Positions 47,202-57,647 of a DNA stretch of 64,000 bases are shown here, one piece after another. The stretch is taken from NCBI GenBank assembly GCA_004431415.1, contig QPMI01000437.1, positions 1 to 64,000 on the forward strand. Direction: 5' to 3'. The stretch is from Cyanophora paradoxa CCMP329. Taxonomy: Eukaryota; Plantae; Glaucophyta. A program made the position numbers and the translations under genes. The stretch's first letter is position 1. Each line of letters begins with the position of its first letter. The notes beneath the pieces were generated by a model, which had not been told where the DNA came from, made no database searches, and saw only the letters and a list, made by a program, of their open reading frames with translations.

Positions 47202-47444
47202 ATGAATCCCATCTACCAAGACCCTGCTATCATCCATGCTGCCCAATCAGACTGGATCCATGATTTCAAAACTGCTTTCTATTACAATTTCTTCATGTCA
47301 CAGCCAGAGCATGTGAGACTGTTCTTTGTTTACAATTACCAACTGGTTTCAAACCTTGAAACTTTCTTCTTGGAAATTATTGAAAAAGATAGACAAATGA
47401 GGAAAATTCGCCAGAGGTCTAAGAGATTCCGAAAGCGTTGTTAA
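47202..47444 (+). CDS. Hypothetical 80-aa protein with basic C-terminus
   Basis: MNPIYQDP..RKIRQRSKRFRKRC; preceded by AAAATTGA; stop codon abuts the integrase stop. Confidence 0.6.
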   Translation: MNPIYQDPAIIHAAQSDWIHDFKTAFYYNFFMSQPEHVRLFFVYNYQLVSNLETFFLEIIEKDRQMRKIRQRSKRFRKRC

Positions 47445-47445
47445 T

Positions 47446-48846
47446 CTATTTCCTCTGCCCACTTCGTAAATTAAATCGAGTTTGGGGTGCAGTATATGTT
47501 TCCTTGGTGGTTGAAAAGTCATTATACCATCTCTGACTGTTAACTTCTGATAATTTCTGGGTTCCTGCTATGGTCAACTTCTTTAATTCTTTCTCTACTC
47601 TACCCTTCTTTTGTGCTCTTGCTTCTGTGAGGGGCTCTTTTGGAACTTCACTTGCTTTTTCTATGCCCTCCTTTCTGATTGCTGAATCAACCCTGGCTTC
47701 CTCCTTTGCCTGTTCAAGAGCATCCACTGTGGGAGTTTCATGATACTCAACGCCTTTAATGGGCAGCAGTTCATGAAAAGCGAATCTACCATCAACTATC
47801 TCACCACTGGGACTTCTGATTCTGAACTTGAAGCCCTCTCTGCCCTCCACACTATAAACAATTCGAGACCAATTAACTCCCTGCTTTGCAAATGGGTTCT
47901 TTTCAACTTTCACTCTCACAAACATTCCAGGTTTCAGAGCATCAAGATACTCAATCGATTTCTTGAATCTCTGATCCTCCATATTCACAATCTCTTTGTA
48001 GTGGGCTTCTGTGGTCTCTGCTGGTTTTCTCTTGGTTGCAGAGTGAATGGTATTATTATAATTATACTCAATATCACCCAACACATCAAAAAATCGTGCA
48101 GTATTATTTGCAATGCAGTAGTTTGTGATTAATCTCTTGATCTGTCTGTTAAAGGCTTCAATCCGACCTTGGGTTCTGTGATCTGCAACATCACTTAGTT
48201 GATGCTCAATGAATTTGGTTCCCAGATAATCTGTGAATAAGACATTGGTAAATTCGCTTCCACTATCACTCTGAATGCGAACAATTGGTCTGGGGACTCT
48301 CTGTTCAAGTTGCTTGAATGCTGCAAGTGTAGTAAGAGCACTCTTGTCTCTCATTGGAATGATGAACCCAGTTCTTAGGGTTGATTCCATTGCACTCATA
48401 AATGTATCATAACCATCATTCTGCTTTTTGTATGCAGGAAAGAAGAGCAGATCAATCACATATGTATCAAGGGGTTGCCTAATTGGAATCATGGGATCTC
48501 TCTTTCGAAATAGGGTAGGTGCATTAATTTGGACAACCTCCTGCTTATCATACCATTCTCTCATCTTCTTGTAGTTCTCCTCTGGTAGTTCCTGTCTCAT
48601 TGCAGTAAATCCCTTGTAGCCTGTCCTGGGATCATAGAACTTCTTAGCAATCTTTGACTCTTTTGGTGCTGTCTCAGCTGGGAGTGTCTCTGGGATTAAT
48701 TGCTTGACCATCTCTGATCTTTTTAATATTCGACTGCTCTTCTCCTCCACTGGAACTGTGATGGGCAGGATATTCCCTCGATCTTCAATTGCCTCTTTTC
48801 TCACAATTCTTGGTGGTTGTCTCAATCCTATTTGTGTAGAAGGCAT
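47446..48846 (-). CDS. Retroviral-type (rve) DDE integrase
   Basis: YVIDL (D), IQSDSGSEF (D), GRIEAFNR (E), YNNTIHSATKRKP, SH3-like C-terminal region; start may be 48864. Confidence 0.95.
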   Translation of the reverse strand: MPSTQIGLRQPPRIVRKEAIEDRGNILPITVPVEEKSSRILKRSEMVKQLIPETLPAETAPKESKIAKKFYDPRTGYKGFTAMRQELPEENYKKMREWYDKQEVVQINAPTLFRKRDPMIPIRQPLDTYVIDLLFFPAYKKQNDGYDTFMSAMESTLRTGFIIPMRDKSALTTLAAFKQLEQRVPRPIVRIQSDSGSEFTNVLFTDYLGTKFIEHQLSDVADHRTQGRIEAFNRQIKRLITNYCIANNTARFFDVLGDIEYNYNNTIHSATKRKPAETTEAHYKEIVNMEDQRFKKSIEYLDALKPGMFVRVKVEKNPFAKQGVNWSRIVYSVEGREGFKFRIRSPSGEIVDGRFAFHELLPIKGVEYHETPTVDALEQAKEEARVDSAIRKEGIEKASEVPKEPLTEARAQKKGRVEKELKKLTIAGTQKLSEVNSQRWYNDFSTTKETYTAPQTRFNLRSGQRK

Positions 48847-49029
48847 CTTTACCTTATCTCTCATATAATAAATGCAAGAGTCTGTGTGGAAAGACAGTCC
48901 CATTCCCAACTATTTTGCAATCGAGCCCAATGATCCAGGATTAAGATGTATATGGCTGCTGCATTTAATTCGCGGTTTATTACTTCTTGGAGAGCGAAAC
49001 CAAAGAAAAAGAAAGATTGATGAAGTAGA

Positions 49030-52000
49030 TTAGAGCCCAAATGGAATGCTGTGAATTCCATCGTCTAATATCTTCCTTTTGCTATCGAGTTGGTTTAGAG
49101 CCACCCTTCTGCTCTCCAAATCATATAGGTTGTGGTCTTGTCTTCGCTTGTTTACTACTGCTACTGTTTTGGTGATTCCTTCAAACAAGCATCTTTTGAA
49201 ATCATCAAAGTGAACCTCTTTGGAGGAAGTCCCAGACATTTTTATTTTATCAAAGGTCTCAGTTCTGAAAGCATAGAGTTTCGATCTCAGACCTACATAC
49301 TCCACAATCTTTGCATTGGGAAACTCGTTTTTATATTTACCTGGAATCAAGCGATTTCTCCTGTCATAGAGAGGGTGGGCAGTATCATAATTACTGCAAT
49401 CCAGGTGTTCAGAAATTCGCTTCATCTCATTATTTAGATCATTTGTATGCAGCAGGAGACAGAAAGAATCTGTATCATGGAATAGTAGCTCTGCTGTTTC
49501 CCAAGTTCTCCTCACCACATCATAAAAGAACCTGCTATTATGGAGTTTCGCGAAATCCAGCACAAAAGCACCAATTGCAACAGGTTTATCTAAGTGAACA
49601 TGCTTGGAATACATCTCAAAGGCAACAGCATTTTCGTTTAATACATTGGTTGCCTTGATGAGTGGACTTGCAGCATATTTCTTGCAGAGTTTCTCACTGT
49701 TAGCAATCTTAACCACAGAGCGACCCCTGCATGATTCGAGGCATTTACCATAGATTGCATTGTTCATTAATTTAAAGAAGTCACTCTCGAATCTGGACAT
49801 AGATTGGCGCCTCAGTTTCGTATTTAGATCAATATAACTCTTCATAAATGCAGAGGTTGCAAATGAGAGAACCCTGTGAACCTTCGTGATTATAATACCT
49901 TTGCTCACAAGATAGACCAAGAGAGGTTGGGAGATCACATAGTTGTTTTTGGGTGTGAATGTTGCTGTGAGTTTGGGTCTTTGCTTATCTTCTCACCTGT
50001 GATATCCAGTAGTTTTCGTTGATACTCACCCAGCATTTCGGTGGTGACATGTTCTTTATTAACTACAAGTGGAAAATCATAATGATCTGTGAGAGTGTGT
50101 GGGTATTCCAGGTCTACTTCAATAAAGGCACTTCGTCCTGGGGTCTCTTTAAGTGCCTCTGAGACATCTTCCCATCGAAAATCTCCAATGGGCAGTTCTT
50201 GACTGAGAGCAAAACCATACAGATTATTTGCATCCAAGAGAACTATATGGTCATCTGGGTTTTCCACCTTTGCATATCGAGTAGGCATTGTAGCAAACCC
50301 ACCTCGAATTGCCCTCTCAATAAATTCGTATTGCCCTACATCACTGATCTGCTCAATCTTTGCTCTGGTGTAAATGAGCATTGCATCCCAGGATAATCCA
50401 GGAGCCGAAACATAGTGGGCAGGATCCAATCCATATTGGGAAAACGCCAATTCTCGGAATGTCTGGAATTTACCCATTAGATCACTTGCATCCACTGCCT
50501 GGAAGTCCATGAAGTGCGAAGCATCTATGAATTTCCACATGCCCCATTGCAGGGAGAGGTATTGGTCGAAATTCTTGCTCAGAATCTCAACACGAAGTTT
50601 ATCATCTTGCTGTGCAATTTTGCGGAATATTTCGTGTCCACATTCATCCATGTGATCCACCACAATTGCTACTTTGGTTTGCTTTGAGATTCTCCTGTGG
50701 AGGTTGCAGTTTCGGCATGCTTTCCCAATAAATGCTCCTGATTGATGACAATGGTCTCTCACTGGGAAATTCTCATGGGTAAATCGTTCAGCACAGATAT
50801 AACAGTGTTTAGTCATCTTGTATTTTGCTTTCTGCTCCTCTGTGAGTGGGTGCATTGGAATATTGGTGAATAGAGTGCGGATTACTTGGGGTCTGATCTC
50901 TGTGAGAGTGGTAAACAGAGCACCAAGTGGATCTGATCCCTCGAAATAATGAGAGATCACCTCATCCCCCATCACAACTGTTAAAGAAACCGATTTGACC
51001 TCTCTTTTACTGCGGTTCTCATCAATTGGAACCGAGTGACTGTCCATTTTTACATAGCAGATAGTGGGAAGCCACACAGTTTTGCGAAGGTGTTGAAGCC
51101 CAAATGCAATGTGACTTCCAGATTTCGGGCATTTACCTTTGCTCTCCCTCCAATCAATGCAGCGATTCGCTTCTATATGAACATCCAGCTTCTCCTGAGT
51201 TCTGAAACGAGACAGACAGGTCTCACAGTAATAAATGCGACCATCATGGGCTTTATCAAAGGTGGTTTTCAGGAGTCTACTCAGAGACATGATGGTGATA
51301 TAATGCCCTCTATCATCCTCTTCGTTTTCGATTAATAAAAGGTTGATCTTGGTCTTTCTCCTCGGGTTGCTGGATTGATGGAGAGGATAGAAACACTGTG
51401 CTTGATTATCTGCACCATAAATGTTGATACTCAGTTCAGGGTTCTGCTCCTCAAATCGATCAATAACCTCTGCATCACAGGCAACTGGAAACTGGATGCC
51501 TTCGAAATTGAGTTCGTTTAACCATCTTCTATACTGGCTGGGTTCATTGCTCTTGTGTTTATTAATATCATTTCGGTGCAGGTAAGCCAAGATTGCATAC
51601 TTGAAGCAATCTTGACCATCAATATTCTTGACATTCACAGTTGCTCTCTTTGATCCAATCCACTCAGGAGTTGAGAAGAAGCAACCACCCACAGGAGCAT
51701 AAGACATTATTACCACTCTCAGCATCTCAATGCGATCCAGTCTGTAACTGTCCACCTGCATCATCTGCTCCTGCATGGATTGAAGGGCATTTCGCAGTTC
51801 AACATCAATATTTCGTGATCTTGTGATGACAAAGTAATCACTGTAAATGAATTTGGTGATCCACACCCTTGGATCACTCACTTTGGTGAATTTACAAATG
51901 AAGGTCAACCGAGTCTTAATTGCTCTCAGGTCTTGGAGTTTCTGTCTGAGTCTCTGAGGTAGAGTGGGTGCAATTCTCTCCAAGAATTCAATCCCATCTT

Positions 52001-52310
52001 GGATAACCTCCCCTCTTGCTCGATAGGTTAACCAAGAATATGCTTTGTTCATTGCTTCCCCATCCTCAATCTCGGGTTCAATTGTTCCCAACCTTAAACC
52101 TTCATCCCTGAATTCCTCCATTTTCTCAAAACGATCATAGAGGCGATTTGTAATTTCTGTGAGTTGAGATAACCTTGGTCTCCTATCCAAGATTGCTGCC
52201 TGGCGATCATATTCGAATTCTGTAATATCACCAGTAACTAAAAGGGTTCCTAAAAGACCGAGTATTTCGTTTTTCTTCTCTTTGATGATTCTATTGGATT
52301 GGCGGGGCAT
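49030..52310 (-). CDS. Protein-primed-type family B DNA polymerase (pPolB), split by a -1 frameshift near 49972
   Basis: N-terminal extension, OTU-like DCFKYAIL..HY, C2H2 finger, endonuclease VII insert (CYIC..RDHCH..ACRNCN), motif A DANNLY, motif B KLMNNAIYGK, motif C HDTDS. Confidence 0.93.
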
Positions 52311-52366
52311 CTTTTACTTTAAGGGAACATATTATTTTTGGGCAATTTGAACGCATTTCGAATTTT

Positions 52367-52558
52367 TCAGGTTCTGATAATTCGCACATTCGTGCCTTTG
52401 GGGACATATACATTTACTGTGTCGAGTCTGCTTGCATACAATCGCTTCTTTTGATATGGTCTACCATTACTGGCTCTGATCTTTGCAATATATTCCGCTA
52501 CCTCTGCAATATCATTCTTTTCGACCAGCTGCCGCTGAATTTCGTCGAAATAATCCAT
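52367..52558 (-). CDS. Hypothetical 63-aa protein
   Basis: ATG-initiated, AAAATTGA 48 nt upstream, co-oriented with neighbours. Confidence 0.55.
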   Translation of the reverse strand: MDYFDEIQRQLVEKNDIAEVAEYIAKIRASNGRPYQKKRLYASRLDTVNVYVPKGTNVRIIRT

Positions 52559-52702
52559 GTTCTGTCAAAGTCAAAGGGAAAACGCAATGATCCCTTAAAT
52601 CGCCAGTCAATTTTTGTCAAAACACACCGATTTACGATACGTTTTTTTATATTGTCCGATAAAGAATCGAAAAAGTCATCGACCCACAGGGGGAGTCTGT
52701 GG

Positions 52703-52845
52703 TTAATTGGGTGTGACGCCTGTGACGCCTGTGACACCTGTTTTCAGAGGTTTGTAGATTTTTGAAATTTTAAAAAGTTTGAAAGTAGGCGTCACAGGCG
52801 TCACAGGCGTCACACTCAATTAAAAAGGTGTCACAGCTGTCACAC
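52703..52845. promoter_or_regulatory. Internal iteron palindrome, putative replication origin
   Basis: TTAATTGG(G)(TGTGACRCC)3..AT-rich..(GGCGTCACA)3 CTCAATTAA directly downstream of the primase-helicase gene. Confidence 0.65.
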
Positions 52846-52913
52846 AAACCATTTACAGTAAGGTTTTTAAAAAATAAGAAATTCAATCAGTATTAGAATC
52901 GATTCTGTTTTGT

Positions 52914-55277
52914 TTACTCATCCCCACCTTCAACATCACTGTCATCCACTAACTTGCGACTATGCTTCTTTTTGATCCCAAAGTAGCCACGAGCAAGAAC
53001 ACCATTGACTCGCTTTCTCTCAGCCTTCACATTAAAGACTTCGCGAAGTCTCTTCAAGATAGTGCATTCTGTGATTTTCTCATCAGATTTGCCCATGTGA
53101 TCCATCTTAAAGTGACTGATAATGGACTCACTTGTGGCGAAATCCCCTTGACTCTTGGTGAGTTCATAACTCTCACGAATCCATTCTCCAATCTTGTCAT
53201 TCTCATTGAAATATTCAACACCTTGATCAACAATGGACTGGGGTGGTTTGGTGACGAATTCATTGAGAGAATGGGTTCTCCACATTTCCAGGAGAATGGA
53301 CATATGCGCCATTTTATAATCGTCATCATTCTTCATTAGGCGCATTAGAGTGGTATCTGCTTTCTTCTCACCAGGCTGAGGATCGACCTTGAAGACATTT
53401 TCGAATCGGTAGTAGATAATTCGCCTTTGGATTGCTGCATCTGGTTTACTGATTCCCAGGTTGTCATTTGTGGACAAGAACAACTGGAACATGGGAATGA
53501 ATGTAACAAGATCTTTGAAAAGAGCTCGAACCTTCATCTCATTCCCACCAGTAACCTGTTTGATTTTGTTCAGTTGAAGCATATCACCATCTTCTGCTTC
53601 ATTACTGAAAACAATTCGTTTACCAAGAATGCAAGCGAGTTCTGGGGAAGCCTCTGACGAACTCTTCTTGGGTTTAGTCCAATATGTCATGTCCAGTGAC
53701 CCATAATACTCACCAAATGTGTCTTTCACCAACTCTTGGAGCAGTGATTTCCCATTTGCTCCAATTCCAGTCCAGCAAGTGTATCTCTGATTTTCTGTCA
53801 AACCACTCAGGGCATAGGCGATTAATCCCAGCATGAATTCGCGGTCTGTATCCGATTCAATAATATCTGCATAGATGGATTTAATCTTTGCAACCTTCTC
53901 TTGGTCGATTTCTGTGGTATAATCGTAGCCAACAGTCTTGCTCACCATATCATCTGGGAGTCCCTTTCGAAAAGTCATGGAGTTCAAGTCAAATACACCA
54001 TTTGTAAATCCAATGATGTTGGGAACAGTATCAAGTCTCTCGAAAAAGGTCTTGTCACTGAACAGAACTGAAAGATCAGACATAAGTGCAGTTCTGTATG
54101 TAGTCTGTTTGAGGCTCTTAGCAATTCCCAGCAGAATCTTTGACCTTTCCTCCAAGGAATTGCGGTTCTCTTCATCACGAAGAGCTCTCTGTGCGAGTTG
54201 AACAGAACGTTGAAGATAAACTGGACAGACCTTGCAGCTCAAACAGAGAAAGATTCGCTTCCCAGTTTCATCCATCTCCCAAATCCCACATACATCATTG
54301 AACTTGAACCAGGTCTTGTTGGAATACTTGTATTTGTCTTGCAGAACAAGATAGGCAACCTGTGCAACATCATAATGGGCACCATCAGATCCAGCAGACC
54401 GATCAATCAGATTTTCGATATTCGCATCTGTCTCTTCCTTCACACGAATTGTGATAAGTCGCTTCTTGCAGTTTGCACTGTAACTCGAAACAATATATTT
54501 GTCCTTCTCCTTCCCTTGAACAATATACCAATTGTTTGAGTCATGGCTTCCCTTGCAGCAGGGACAGATCAGACCTTTGTTCTCAGCAGTGAAATTGTAT
54601 CCCATCTTGGTCTCATTGATGATTGTGGGCAAGATGAAACCGAATTCTTCGAGTTTAGAAAGAATGTGTTTCTGCAAATTCTCCTCAGCGCACCTTGCAT
54701 AATAAGAATGTGCACCTTTGGGGAATTCGTAGTTTTCAACAATCCACTTTTGCAACTCAGCAGTGGGTTCATTTAACTCACACTCAGATGCCCATGGCTC
54801 TCTGATCCATGTTTTGTTGGGACTGGGGCAAACATTAATCACCCCAGCAGTCCCAGTGGATGCAATCGTTTTGCAGTCGATCTTGGGGTTTCCTTTGAAT
54901 GCACCCGCTTTATCCCAGATCTTAATGGTGTCGAATTCAGCAGGTCGAGCGAAGAATGCATGATATCCTTTTTTGGTTTTAGCAAGAGGATTAACACCAC
55001 CGAAATCATCAGGGAATTGCTCCTCGAATTTGGCGAAATCCTCCTCTTGGTCGAAGTCAATTACCAGGATATTACGAGCGAGAATGCCCCAAGCAGTATA
55101 CTTACCGGATTTCAGGGCTTCATCGAATTTATCCCAATTCCAGGCTCCGTCTTTATGAGCGAAAAGGGGTTTTTTGGTATCAGGATCAACAGGAATTACG
55201 AGATTCTCAGACAGGACATCGTCTTCACGAAGCCAGTCAACAAGGCGTTTCAGGGATTTCTTGGCGGCAGCGTTCAT
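52914..55277 (-). CDS. Prim-Pol primase fused to D5-like SF3 helicase
   Basis: ILVIDFD and KTKKGYHAFF (AEP Prim-Pol), CPCC..H zinc motif, IGFTNGVFDL (D5_N), GIGANGKS Walker A, KQVTGG..RALFK. Confidence 0.95.
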   Translation of the reverse strand: MNAAAKKSLKRLVDWLREDDVLSENLVIPVDPDTKKPLFAHKDGAWNWDKFDEALKSGKYTAWGILARNILVIDFDQEEDFAKFEEQFPDDFGGVNPLAKTKKGYHAFFARPAEFDTIKIWDKAGAFKGNPKIDCKTIASTGTAGVINVCPSPNKTWIREPWASECELNEPTAELQKWIVENYEFPKGAHSYYARCAEENLQKHILSKLEEFGFILPTIINETKMGYNFTAENKGLICPCCKGSHDSNNWYIVQGKEKDKYIVSSYSANCKKRLITIRVKEETDANIENLIDRSAGSDGAHYDVAQVAYLVLQDKYKYSNKTWFKFNDVCGIWEMDETGKRIFLCLSCKVCPVYLQRSVQLAQRALRDEENRNSLEERSKILLGIAKSLKQTTYRTALMSDLSVLFSDKTFFERLDTVPNIIGFTNGVFDLNSMTFRKGLPDDMVSKTVGYDYTTEIDQEKVAKIKSIYADIIESDTDREFMLGLIAYALSGLTENQRYTCWTGIGANGKSLLQELVKDTFGEYYGSLDMTYWTKPKKSSSEASPELACILGKRIVFSNEAEDGDMLQLNKIKQVTGGNEMKVRALFKDLVTFIPMFQLFLSTNDNLGISKPDAAIQRRIIYYRFENVFKVDPQPGEKKADTTLMRLMKNDDDYKMAHMSILLEMWRTHSLNEFVTKPPQSIVDQGVEYFNENDKIGEWIRESYELTKSQGDFATSESIISHFKMDHMGKSDEKITECTILKRLREVFNVKAERKRVNGVLARGYFGIKKKHSRKLVDDSDVEGGDE

Positions 55278-55471
55278 TTCGAAAATCGGGGGCTTCTTAT
55301 ACTTAATGGAGAAATTAATTTCTCCGGATCCTTGTCATTTTTTGGCGCCTAACCTTTAAATACCTTTGGGTTTTCCGATTGGCGCTCGATATATGGTAAT
55401 GATCCATCGAAACGTCGATTGATCATGGTAACAAAAAGGATTCAGCGGATATTTGGGACTTTGGGGGCGGT

Positions 55472-55699
55472 TCAGTATTTCCTGGGACGACCAACTGGGC
55501 GTTTTACTGGATTATTGGGATCCATCTCAGCAGCTTTCCTGCGATAATATCGTTCCAGTGCCTTTTTACGATATAATTCTCGAAATTCCTCATCTTGATA
55601 GCGTTTCTGGAAATACAAGCGGTCATACAACCTTTTCCTCTCATTGGGATCCACCTCGCTCATTGCAAGTTCGAATTCGACCACAGATTCAGTTTCCAT
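55472..55699 (-). CDS. Small AT-hook DNA-binding protein
   Basis: KKALERYYRRK..KRPVGRPRKY. Confidence 0.75.
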   Translation of the reverse strand: METESVVEFELAMSEVDPNERKRLYDRLYFQKRYQDEEFRELYRKKALERYYRRKAAEMDPNNPVKRPVGRPRKY

Positions 55700-55899
55700 T
55701 TGATATGTTCCTTATAATGGGACGAGAAAATAATTTGTCCGGTTCACCAATCAAACACACCTTACCCTTAAATCCCTTGTCATTTTTTGCAGATCGAGAC
55801 CAGTTCCTGTCTACGCTTTTTTATTGCGGCTTCTGTTGCATATTCAGCGGATTTCCTGTCCAGGATAGCATAGATCTCAGAGAGACTGAGCATTCGATA

Positions 55900-56133
55900 T
55901 TAATTACCGAGATTTAATTTCGGATCTGTGAAAGATACAGAGCGTCGCCTCACAGTCTCTGTTTTTATATGCTCCTCGAAATCAACCGAGTCTGTGGATA
56001 ATCGCCTACCACCAGATCCATGACTTTCAGTGTCAGAGAATTCGATTTCGACTTTTGTATCACAGCAGCCACTGTGACAATTGCTCACAATGTGGAGATT
56101 AAACATCTCTATGATTTTTCGCAAGAAATCCAT
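55900..56133 (-). CDS. Hypothetical 77-aa protein with SNCHSGCC motif
   Basis: ATG-initiated, co-oriented in the structural gene cluster. Confidence 0.55.
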   Translation of the reverse strand: MDFLRKIIEMFNLHIVSNCHSGCCDTKVEIEFSDTESHGSGGRRLSTDSVDFEEHIKTETVRRRSVSFTDPKLNLGN

Positions 56134-56160
56134 GATGCTCTCTCTCTTAATGCGAGATAA

Positions 56161-56895
56161 TTAAAGCCATACTCGTCGTTTATATACTGTGGGGGCAACA
56201 CCTTTATCGACCTCTGATTTGGTAGCACCAGGTTCAATGGTGCCCTTTTGGGTTTTGGTCTTCATCTCATCAACTGCCTGCTCATCAATTTGAGTCTCTT
56301 TCTTACCAATGAATTGCTTATCTGGGAGACCAGTAATTCCCATTCTATACACCTCCTTTCGCAGCATCTCCTTCAATTTCGCTCTCTCTTTCTTCTCAGA
56401 GACATACTGTTCAAGAGCACTGGATTTCGCTTCCAGATCTTTCAGTTTCGCAGTCATTTCGTCCCATTGGGCTTTGGGAATTCGGTGGATATTCTGTGTA
56501 GGTGCGACCTTGTAGGTCACCTCACCAGCCATGGATTGAATTACCTTGTCTGATTCCTTGGAGACACCTTCACCTTTGCGAGCAAGTGAGAGATCTTGGA
56601 GACCCAGTCCTTTGTCATCAGCAGCACCAATAATTCGACGAGCACCTTCACCAACTGCCTTCATCTTAGAGGTTTCGGGCGAAATATTGAGTTGATCACT
56701 GGTGGATGTTTGGGGCGCTTTATCATCTGGTGATTCTTCGTAAGCAGCATTGAGGGGATCTTCTTGTTGCTGTGATGCTTTAACTTCATTGACACCATTG
56801 AATTTCAGGGGCTCTGTGTTAATAGAACCGGTTCCAGAGGATGCAGAATATGACATAGCACCAGCAGGAACACCAACTTTGCGTTTGGAAGGCAT
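56161..56895 (-). CDS. Hypothetical K/E-rich protein, possible virion core protein
   Basis: Start MPSKRKV; low-complexity and coiled-coil; lies downstream of the ATPase. Confidence 0.6.
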   Translation of the reverse strand: MPSKRKVGVPAGAMSYSASSGTGSINTEPLKFNGVNEVKASQQQEDPLNAAYEESPDDKAPQTSTSDQLNISPETSKMKAVGEGARRIIGAADDKGLGLQDLSLARKGEGVSKESDKVIQSMAGEVTYKVAPTQNIHRIPKAQWDEMTAKLKDLEAKSSALEQYVSEKKERAKLKEMLRKEVYRMGITGLPDKQFIGKKETQIDEQAVDEMKTKTQKGTIEPGATKSEVDKGVAPTVYKRRVWL

Positions 56896-56923
56896 TGTAT
56901 ATTTATTAGAAGCAGAGATTATT

Positions 56924-57586
56924 TTACCGAGGAAACTTAAAGTCTTTAACGAGTTCCGCTTTATCAACATAGTATTCCACCGAATAATTCGCAGAACTCC
57001 AAATGAGAAACTGATAGGAGTGAACGTATTCCTCAAACATCTTATAGAAAGCGTCTTTATCCCGCATGATATTGTATTCTTCTTCAATGGCTTCCAGTTC
57101 TTTGCGATTGGCGGCACTGAGGAACATTGCATAATCCGAATTGACGCGAATGGTTGAAGAAACCTTACGCAGTTTCTGAGTTATGCAGAAAATTGTAATC
57201 GCCGAGTGGCGGCCGCGCGAATACAGAGATCCAATAATTTTATCACGGGTAAGGTCTACAATCTCATTGTCTATAAGATCATCGAGAACAACACATAATT
57301 GATTAACGGGTTCTCCTTTCTCAATTTTCTCTTGTCTTTCATCGAGAAGTTTAGCGATGTAAGGCGCATCCCATTTACCGAGCTGTAATGTTGCGACATC
57401 ATCCCAAAAATGATTGAATGATGTCCCACTTATAACAAGAACAACATCTAACTTTTTCGCATCGTGAAGTTGTTTTAGCCAATATTTTACGGCTTCTGAC
57501 TTGCCCGTCGCGCTTTTTCCGATTGCTAATACGCGAAAAGGGGGTTTAATCATCTCAGCAGCATTAAATTCGGGAACGTCAGACAT
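56924..57586 (-). CDS. A32/FtsK-like genome-packaging ATPase
   Basis: Start MSDVPEF; GKSATGKS, CVVLDD, SRGRH..IFCITQ. Confidence 0.93.
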   Translation of the reverse strand: MSDVPEFNAAEMIKPPFRVLAIGKSATGKSEAVKYWLKQLHDAKKLDVVLVISGTSFNHFWDDVATLQLGKWDAPYIAKLLDERQEKIEKGEPVNQLCVVLDDLIDNEIVDLTRDKIIGSLYSRGRHSAITIFCITQKLRKVSSTIRVNSDYAMFLSAANRKELEAIEEEYNIMRDKDAFYKMFEEYVHSYQFLIWSSANYSVEYYVDKAELVKDFKFPR

Positions 57587-57647
57587 GGCTTTGTAGATCT
57601 TTCTTATTAAAGATAGATAAAATAACGAAACGTTACTGATCATGGTT

